From Candidatus Micrarchaeota archaeon (GTDB lineage Archaea > Micrarchaeota > Micrarchaeia > Anstonellales > Bilamarchaeaceae), in the NCBI GenBank assembly GCA_043812915.1, contig JBDRLQ010000025.1, forward strand, positions 1 through 61,731: a stretch of DNA of 61,731 bases. The letters are read 5' to 3'. The notes under the pieces were generated by a model. It was not told the origin of the DNA and did no database searches. It was given only the letters and a program-made list of their open reading frames with translations. The position numbers were made by a program, and so were the translations under genes. This document shows positions 55,416 to 61,731 of this stretch, in pieces (the first letter of the stretch is position 1; each line of letters begins with the position of its first letter).

Positions 55416-56117
55416 ATGGACATCTGGGAAGCTTGGGACATAATGAAAAGGACCCTGGACTATGGGAAGGCGGCAGCGGTATTCAGGGAGCAGGCCGCAA
55501 AGGCCAGCTTCAGGGACGCCGCGATTGTATACATCATCGCGGCCGTTTACTCGGCCTTCCTGGCGGTGGTCATGAATGTCATGAGCCTCTTTGTCGTGCG
55601 CTCAGTCTATTACTTCATGGGGATAGATGTCCCTGAAATAGAGCTTGATACCCCCCTGCTCGCCCCCTACGCGCTATACTTCTTCGGGCTAATCATGCCC
55701 CTTGGCCTTGTGATTACCGCGCTCATGCAGGCAGTTACTTTCAAGGCGCTCAGGCTCACGGGCGGCAAGGGAAACTTCGTGAAGCAGCTCTACCTTTATT
55801 CCTTCCTTGCGCTTGCGCTCTCGGTCGGCTCCACGCTCATGCTCTCGCAGTTCTTCTCATGCCTGGGATTGATACCGCTCCTTGGATACCTGTTTTTCTC
55901 ATTTTATGTCCAGTTCTACCTGCAGAGCGTTATGCTCCGCGACTTGCACAGCATTTCCACGCTGCACGCGTTCATGGGAGTTCTGATAGGGACCGCTGTA
56001 GGCGTTGCGGCCTACCTGCTGGTAACAAGCACCCTGGCGGGCGCAGGGATATCCGCGCCCCTTCCCGAGGATATGCTCGGGATAGCTGAAAGGGTTGGTG
56101 AATTGAATGCCGTTTGA
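55416..56117 (+). CDS. Yip1-like membrane protein
   Basis: About 5 TM helices; the pattern L.L.GGKG.F...Y...LH.IS. Confidence 0.65.
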   Translation: MDIWEAWDIMKRTLDYGKAAAVFREQAAKASFRDAAIVYIIAAVYSAFLAVVMNVMSLFVVRSVYYFMGIDVPEIELDTPLLAPYALYFFGLIMPLGLVITALMQAVTFKALRLTGGKGNFVKQLYLYSFLALALSVGSTLMLSQFFSCLGLIPLLGYLFFSFYVQFYLQSVMLRDLHSISTLHAFMGVLIGTAVGVAAYLLVTSTLAGAGISAPLPEDMLGIAERVGELNAV

Positions 56118-57063
56118 CACAGAGAGGTTCATAAGCGAGGGAGTTAGAGAGGTTAAGGAGACGGTCGGAGGCGCCAAGGCGATAACTGCATTATCCGGAG
56201 GGGTGGACTCTTTTGTTGCCGCGACGATTGCCTCGAAGGCTCTCGGGGACAGGCTGCATGCGGTTTATGTTGATACAGGACTGATGAGGAAGGGTGAGAC
56301 CGAGCAGGTGAGGAAGATTGCGGAGGAGGCGGGTGTGAGCCTCACGGTCATTGACGCCAAGGACGATTTCCTCGGGGCCCTAAAAGGGGTTGAAGAGCCG
56401 GAGGAGAAAAGGAAGAAAATCGGCGAGATGTTCGTGCGCATTTTCGAGAAAGAGGCGAAGAGGGACGATGCCAGGTTCCTGATTCAGGGGACCATCGCGC
56501 CGGACTGGATTGAGAGCGGCGGGATGGGGAGGGACACTATCAAGAGCCACCACAATGTGGGCGGCCTCCCGGAGAACATGCACCTGAAGCTGTGCGAGCC
56601 GCTCAGGGAGCTGTACAAGCACGAAGTCCGGGAAATAGCAAAGGCTCTCGGGCTTCCCGAGAGCATTTTCGCGAGGCAGCCGTTTCCTGGCCCCGCGCTT
56701 GCGATAAGGGTCGTTGGCGAAGTTTCCGAAGAGAAGGTCGGGATTGTGCGCGAGGCGTGCGCGATTGTCGAGGAGGAGATTGACAAGGCCAGCGCCGGGG
56801 GGAAGATCGAGAGGCCCTGGCAGTATTTCGCCGCGCTCCTGCCTTCAAAGACGGTGGGGGTGCGCGGCGACGAGCGCTCCTACCAGTACGTGGTTATTGT
56901 GCGCGCGGTGAGGAGCATGGATGGCATGACCGCCAATTTCTCGCATATCCCGCCTGAATTGCTCAGCAGGATTTCAACCAGGATAACCAATGAGATAAGG
57001 AGCGTTGGCCGGGTCGTTTACGATATAACGAACAAGCCGCCAGGTACAGTGGAGATGGAATAA
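56107..57063 (+). CDS. guaAB: GMP synthase, ATPPase subunit B
   Basis: ALSGGVDS, QGTIAPDWIES, IKSHHNVGG, RQPFPGP, YDITNKPPGTVE.E; no GATase domain. Confidence 0.95.
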   Translation: MPFDTERFISEGVREVKETVGGAKAITALSGGVDSFVAATIASKALGDRLHAVYVDTGLMRKGETEQVRKIAEEAGVSLTVIDAKDDFLGALKGVEEPEEKRKKIGEMFVRIFEKEAKRDDARFLIQGTIAPDWIESGGMGRDTIKSHHNVGGLPENMHLKLCEPLRELYKHEVREIAKALGLPESIFARQPFPGPALAIRVVGEVSEEKVGIVREACAIVEEEIDKASAGGKIERPWQYFAALLPSKTVGVRGDERSYQYVVIVRAVRSMDGMTANFSHIPPELLSRISTRITNEIRSVGRVVYDITNKPPGTVEME

Positions 57064-57339
57064 TCACTGGACTGAGTTTATAAGTTCGAGAAATCTCTGG
57101 TGCATTGGCCTTCCGCCCTCGGGCGCGATTTCAGACACCCTTGCGGATATCCGCCAGCTGCGGTCGGCTTCCATCGCACTGGCATGCGTTGATTCCGCCT
57201 GCATCGCCATGCTTTCTGCGACCCTTGAGATGGCCTCGATAGGATGGTAGAGAACCTGCTCCTTCCGGACCTGGGGCAGCACTGCCTGCTCCCTTGGGGC
57301 GGGCTTTTCTATTTCCCTTTCCAGCATGCTCGTTGCCAT
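57064..57339 (-). CDS. Hypothetical protein
   Basis: Fills the gap between genes; GGTG upstream. Confidence 0.55.
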   Translation of the reverse strand: MATSMLEREIEKPAPREQAVLPQVRKEQVLYHPIEAISRVAESMAMQAESTHASAMEADRSWRISARVSEIAPEGGRPMHQRFLELINSVQ

Positions 57340-57408
57340 AAAAACACCATTAATTCCAACTGAATTATAATGGAAACAGTTTATAAAGATAGTTTGGGGA
57401 GGAATAAC

Positions 57409-57909
57409 ATGACCATGGACGCGGCAAAGGGCCTGCTATCTTCCGGAAAATACAGGGAGGCTGCAGAGCTGCTTGACAACTTGCTTTCTGCCAAGCCCGA
57501 GAATGATGAGTTGTGGTACCTCCGGGGGATAGCATCCCTCAAAGCGGGCAACAACAAGGGGGCCCAGCAGTCTTTCATAAGGGCCACCTTCATAAAAAAG
57601 CGCGGGGAATACTTCAGGATGATGGGAATTGCCCACATGGAGGTCTTCGAGCTGGAGGAGGCAATCGACGCCTTCCAGGCCGCGCTTGAGATGAGTCCCA
57701 AGGACGTCCAGTCCGCTTTCTTCCTTTCGGTGTGCTACATGTTCTTCGACAGCCCGAAGTCGGTCAAGTACATAAAGCTGGCAAACAGCATAGACAAAAC
57801 CAAGACAAGGCAGCTCCTCAACAACTTCTATTCGGTATTCTTCGGCGGGAACAAGAAGCTGGATGAAAAGGCGAAAAATAAAATCCGCGCGGCGCTAAAG
57901 AAAATCTAG
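57409..57909 (+). CDS. TPR repeat protein
   Basis: WYLRGIA..K.G....A, G.A......EEAIDAF..AL...P. Confidence 0.85.
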   Translation: MTMDAAKGLLSSGKYREAAELLDNLLSAKPENDELWYLRGIASLKAGNNKGAQQSFIRATFIKKRGEYFRMMGIAHMEVFELEEAIDAFQAALEMSPKDVQSAFFLSVCYMFFDSPKSVKYIKLANSIDKTKTRQLLNNFYSVFFGGNKKLDEKAKNKIRAALKKI

Positions 57910-58805
57910 TGCAGCTTCTTTTTCATGTGGGCAAGCCACGGCTTCTCCTTCACGGTCCTTACCTTCACGGATTTTGCGAATTCCTCGAGCGGGCTGTATT
58001 TCACGTTCTTCGCAAACCCCTTGGTCTTCTGGAGCTGTTTGAGGAACCCGGGGTTTGACTGGAGCAGGTGCGCGAGCTTCCTCTCCGCCTTCCTCCTTCT
58101 TCTTGCTGCAGCTTCCAGCTTCTTTTTTGCGTTGTGCTCCGCGATTGTGCCCCTTCCGCCTGCGTCCTGGACGCCCGCAATCATCGCGCTCTCCTCCGCG
58201 CGCACGATCTGCAGCTTCTGGAGCAGCCTGGAGGCGGGATGGGCGATCATCGGGCTCTCAATCATCAGGCCCCAGCCTTCGCGCCTTAGCCCAACGTCCA
58301 TTTCATCAAGCCTCCTAGCCGCCTCCTCGCGTGTCATGCCGGGCTTGAGCTTCTTCTCAAGGCCCGGAAAATTATTCAGGAACATCCGGGTAACTTCCGG
58401 CCTTCCCCTTTTGGCAAGCTCATTCCGCGCGAATTTCAGCATCATCCTCTTCCCGCGGATTTCATTGAGCTTTGCCTGGATTTCGGCGGGCTTGAGCTTC
58501 CCGAAATTGAGGAGCCATCTTTTCCGCAAAAGCGTCTTTCCAATGTGCTCATCCTCAAAGAACACCTCAAGAAGCTCCGGGAAATACCTGTCCAGGTGGC
58601 GGAACTCATCCATATTGGAATATATTTTCTCTGAAATCTCGGCGCGCTTTTTCCGGATTCCCATCCAGATTTTCTCTATCTCGCCGCGCAGGTCCCGGTC
58701 AAGGCTCTGGCGGTATTCCAGGTTCATCCTCTGCACGCGCTCAATCCGCTCCCGCAGTTCCGCCTCGGCCTCCTCCAGGTAATCTATCAGCAGCTCTTCC
58801 TTCAT
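57906..58805 (-). CDS. Hypothetical coiled-coil, basic protein
   Basis: ATG 58805 overlaps the nfo stop (ATGA). Confidence 0.7.
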   Translation of the reverse strand: MKEELLIDYLEEAEAELRERIERVQRMNLEYRQSLDRDLRGEIEKIWMGIRKKRAEISEKIYSNMDEFRHLDRYFPELLEVFFEDEHIGKTLLRKRWLLNFGKLKPAEIQAKLNEIRGKRMMLKFARNELAKRGRPEVTRMFLNNFPGLEKKLKPGMTREEAARRLDEMDVGLRREGWGLMIESPMIAHPASRLLQKLQIVRAEESAMIAGVQDAGGRGTIAEHNAKKKLEAAARRRRKAERKLAHLLQSNPGFLKQLQKTKGFAKNVKYSPLEEFAKSVKVRTVKEKPWLAHMKKKLH

Positions 58806-59632
58806 TCCTTCACCAGCCTCGCATAGAACTTCTGCATCTTCTGCGCGTCCAGGTCTATCTTCGGAGTCTCGCAGATTATCACCCCGCAATAGCCGCTCTG
58901 GCTGAGCACCTTCATGAGCGGCCGGAACGGGGGCTCGTTGTTGGTGCCGAGAGGGAGGTGGTTCCTCTCGCCCTTGTCCGTGTAGTTTATCTCGGAGAAA
59001 TGGGCGTGGAAATGGTTCATGTACCCTGGCAGCTCCTTTTCAATATGGGAAAAGAGCTTCCGGTAATCATCCTCATTCTCCAGCCTGAAGTCCCCCCTCG
59101 CGTGAAGGTGCGCGAAATCTAGCACCGGCTGCACGGCAGGGATGTCCTGGGAGAGCCGGATGACTTCGTCCAGGCCCCCGAAAGAGCCTTTTTTCCCGAC
59201 GGTCTCAGCGCCCAGGACCACCTTCCCGCCCCCGAGCTTTTCTGCAGCCTCCATTATGTTCTTCTTCGCGTTCGCGTAGGCTTCCTCCGGGCTCCGGGTC
59301 TGGTAAAATCCTGGATGGAACACCGTAATCCTTCCGCCCGCCGCGGCGGTGATGCGCGCGGACTCGAGAAGGTTGCGCACGCTGTTGGCTATCTTCTGCT
59401 TCTCGTCCGAGCAGAAATTGATGAAATACGGGGCATGGGATGAGAGCATTATCCCAAGCTCCTTTGCGGCCTTCCCAATTTCCCGGGCCGCAGGCTCTTT
59501 GAGCCTCACACCCTGGACGAATTCCATCTCCATTGCGGTAAGGCCAAGGCGGGAGCAGCACCTTACACCTTCCAATGTGCTCTTTCCTTCGCACTGTATT
59601 GGAATCCCCGCAGGCCCGAACCTCACTTTCAT
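58802..59632 (-). CDS. nfo: Endonuclease IV (AP endonuclease)
   Basis: FGPAGIP, HAPYFIN, FHPG, ET.GK, DFAHLHAR, GERNH, ICETP. Confidence 0.93.
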   Translation of the reverse strand: MKVRFGPAGIPIQCEGKSTLEGVRCCSRLGLTAMEMEFVQGVRLKEPAAREIGKAAKELGIMLSSHAPYFINFCSDEKQKIANSVRNLLESARITAAAGGRITVFHPGFYQTRSPEEAYANAKKNIMEAAEKLGGGKVVLGAETVGKKGSFGGLDEVIRLSQDIPAVQPVLDFAHLHARGDFRLENEDDYRKLFSHIEKELPGYMNHFHAHFSEINYTDKGERNHLPLGTNNEPPFRPLMKVLSQSGYCGVIICETPKIDLDAQKMQKFYARLVKE

Positions 59633-59665
59633 AAATAAAAATAGGAAAGGAAAAAATAAAAGAAC

Positions 59666-60505
59666 CTACTGGCACTCGTGCTGGTACTCGTTGCACACTT
59701 CCCCGGACGGGCAGTCGCCGTCATCGGTGCACCTTCCGAGCTTAGCCTCGCATATGTGCTCCACGCATCTCTGCCAGTCTCCGCAGTCAGTGTCCACACC
59801 GCAGTGGTCCTTCCTCGGCTCGCACCGGTGGTACTTGTACCCGCAGTACTCCCAATCATTGCACTCATTGTCAGATATGCAATAGCCCTGCCTTGCCACG
59901 CAGCGGTTCTCTTCAAGGTCGCACTTGGACCACTCATCGCAGTCATAGTCGCTCTTGCAGAAGCCCTCTTCCGCATAGCACCAGTGGGTCTTAACGTCGC
60001 ATATCTGCCAGCTCTCGCAATCCCCCGGGCCGTTGCAGCGCTCATCAAGGATGTAGCATCTCTTGGACCCCTCATCGCACTTCTCCCAGGATTCACAGTC
60101 AGTGTTCTTCAGGCAGAAGCCCGCCTTGGGGCTGCACATGTGTGAGACAGGATTGCAGTACTCGAAGCTCTGGTCGCACTGGACATCGGCATCGCAGTAT
60201 CCCGGGGCCGGCCTGCAGTACGCGGTGGCGTCACACACCTGCCACCTCTGGCAGTCGGCATCAGTCCCGCACCTTCCGCTCTCAAAGACGCAGAGATGGG
60301 TGCCGAGCGAGTCGCACACCTTCATGCTTTCATTGCATTCATCATTGGTCTGGCAGTAGCCCGGAAGCTTCTGGCAGGTGCCGTCCTGGCAGCTCTGCCA
60401 GCTCTCGCATTCCGCGTCCGCCTCGCAGGTCGCAGGGCCGCGCTCACCAACACATCCAAGCATGAGGAATGATAATAGAAGAATCGCAAATAGAGCTCTT
60501 TTCAT
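59666..60505 (-). CDS. Cys-rich tandem-repeat lipoprotein
   Basis: Lipobox MLGC; about 11 repeats G.C..D.DC..W..C....H.C. Confidence 0.85.
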   Translation of the reverse strand: MKRALFAILLLSFLMLGCVGERGPATCEADAECESWQSCQDGTCQKLPGYCQTNDECNESMKVCDSLGTHLCVFESGRCGTDADCQRWQVCDATAYCRPAPGYCDADVQCDQSFEYCNPVSHMCSPKAGFCLKNTDCESWEKCDEGSKRCYILDERCNGPGDCESWQICDVKTHWCYAEEGFCKSDYDCDEWSKCDLEENRCVARQGYCISDNECNDWEYCGYKYHRCEPRKDHCGVDTDCGDWQRCVEHICEAKLGRCTDDGDCPSGEVCNEYQHECQ

Positions 60506-60541
60506 GACAAAACACCTGCAGGGAGATTGTTAGAATATGTT

Positions 60542-61210
60542 TTATAACCTTTTGAGGACCGACGGAAGCTGGCTGATATCCCTTATCCTGAATTCCGCGG
60601 CCGTGCTGGCCCGTGCCCGCTTGCCCTGCATCACCTTGACCGTGCGCATGCCAAGCGCCTTTGCGGGCAGGATGTCCGCATCCTCCCGGTCGCCGACCAT
60701 CAGGCATTCCTCCGGCTTTGCCCCAAGGGTGCGCAGGACCTTCCTGAACAGGCCATTCTCCTTCCCGGCGCCCATTTCCTCTGATACGAAGACATCGTCG
60801 AAGTAAAGGGCAATCCTCATCCGGATTAGCTTGTCCCACTGCTTGATTGTGGTACCGTCTGTTGCGACATACAGGCCGTAGCCCCCTTCCTTGAGCCCGA
60901 TGAGCATGCTCCCGACGCCAGGATATGGCTGCATTGACATTTTCGTGTTATGGTAGGCCGCGATGGCCGCTGCGATAAACCTCGCCGGCTTGGGCACTTT
61001 CAGCGATTTGCAGAGCATGTCGAAGTGGGACTCGTAGTTCGAGCCTTTCCTCTTTATGATAAGAAGGAGCTTCCGATAGAGCCTCTCCGGATTCTGCTTG
61101 AGGCCCATGTCAATCATTGCACGGATTGCGTTCTTCCTGGCAAGCTCCGCGAATTCTGTCGACGGGAAAAGAGTGTCGTCAATATCGAAGAGCACATACC
61201 TTACTGCCAT
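60542..61210 (-). CDS. HAD-superfamily hydrolase
   Basis: FDIDDTL, TDG, GDRE..DI..A..LGM. Confidence 0.92.
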   Translation of the reverse strand: MAVRYVLFDIDDTLFPSTEFAELARKNAIRAMIDMGLKQNPERLYRKLLLIIKRKGSNYESHFDMLCKSLKVPKPARFIAAAIAAYHNTKMSMQPYPGVGSMLIGLKEGGYGLYVATDGTTIKQWDKLIRMRIALYFDDVFVSEEMGAGKENGLFRKVLRTLGAKPEECLMVGDREDADILPAKALGMRTVKVMQGKRARASTAAEFRIRDISQLPSVLKRL

Positions 61211-61272
61211 GAAGGAAAAATAGGAGGAGAAGATAAATAAATTAAGGGGAGGCGGCGTTCATGCCGCTCCCA

Positions 61273-61290
61273 ATCTGAAAAAAGAAAAAA
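61273..61290 (-). terminator. Oligo-T archaeal-type terminator
   Basis: TTTTTTCTTTTTT on the minus strand directly after the TAG at 61291. Confidence 0.45.
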
Positions 61291-61560
61291 CTACTGCACA
61301 GTGGGGGGTACCTGACAGAATCTAAAGGTGTTGTTTGGCAAGGTGAAGATGGCCTCAGCTAAGTCCTTCCCCACCTTATTCTTGTCAATATCAAAAGCAG
61401 CGACAAAGTTGATGTCACTGATGTGATAACCCCCCAGGTTAACATGCATCAACCCTGGTACAAATTCGCCTTCATCGGCGTTCTGATAATAGGAAACGCC
61501 TTGAACCAGAGAGGAAGCACAGTTACCTACCCCCACGATGGCTACATTTATTTTGGGCAA
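61291..61560 (-). pseudogene. ino1: Myo-inositol-1-phosphate synthase, N-terminal ~90 aa only
   Basis: [36 protein letters not shown], then an abrupt stop. AAGGAG before a TTG start at 61560. Confidence 0.85.
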
Positions 61561-61595
61561 CTCTACAGCTCCTTTCATCCAACAACAATTACTGC

Positions 61596-61629
61596 TTGAC
61601 TTGATTGCAGAGCTATCTTATGCTATTGT
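61596..61629 (+). promoter_or_regulatory. Bacterial sigma70-like promoter
   Basis: TTGACT-N17-TATGCT (61596/61619) and an overlapping TTGATT-N17-TATTGT (61601/61624). Confidence 0.55.
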
Positions 61630-61638
61630 CAGAAGGCC

Positions 61639-61731
61639 ATGATGGTCTGTGACTTTCATACTCATACATTCTTAAGTGACGGCGACCTGTCACCAATTGA
61701 GATGCTGAGGCGCGCTTTCACCAAAGGCTAC
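61639..61731 (+). CDS. PHP-domain protein, partial
   Basis: MMVCDFHTHTFLSDGDLSPIEMLRRA, containing the DxHxH..SDG motif. Confidence 0.8.
   Translation, partial: MMVCDFHTHTFLSDGDLSPIEMLRRAFTKGY

Noticed and set aside
54046..59632. EndoQ and Endo IV as a defence island
   Set aside because: Both are ordinary repair enzymes interspersed with housekeeping genes.

Overview
A mostly housekeeping window from a small-genome archaeon, most likely DPANN (Micrarchaeota-like; inferred from PolD DP2, Nop5, archease, cupin PGI, archaeal aaRSs, BHB-intron tRNAs, TATA promoters and oligo-T terminators). It carries hisS, alaS, glyS, cysS, alaX, polC with a LAGLIDADG intein, purN, guaAB, rpiA, three DNA-repair nucleases and seven tRNAs, three of them with introns (one in the D-loop). 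Most interesting: (1) an apparently intact GAF-GGDEF diguanylate cyclase with host-like codon usage, divergent from a pseudo-receiver protein and a SAM methyltransferase that may be one frameshifted gene, i.e. candidate c-di-GMP-type signalling in an archaeon; (2) an 11.5-kb gene for a 3,822-aa surface protein with three C1q-like domains and six beta-helix modules; (3) an unannotated 38-aa microprotein resembling the C-terminal Cys tail of class II ribonucleotide reductase; (4) an HxlR regulator divergent from a Cys/His/Met-rich protein, with palindromic operators; (5) a cluster of frameshifted genes (radical SAM, two AbrB); (6) a decayed MNT-HEPN module and a hairpin cluster beside tRNA-Lys; (7) a bacterial-looking last ~430 bp (truncated ino1, sigma70 promoter), probably a chimeric join. 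No CRISPR array, transposase, integrase or rRNA was seen. All calls come from motifs read by eye; no database searches were run.
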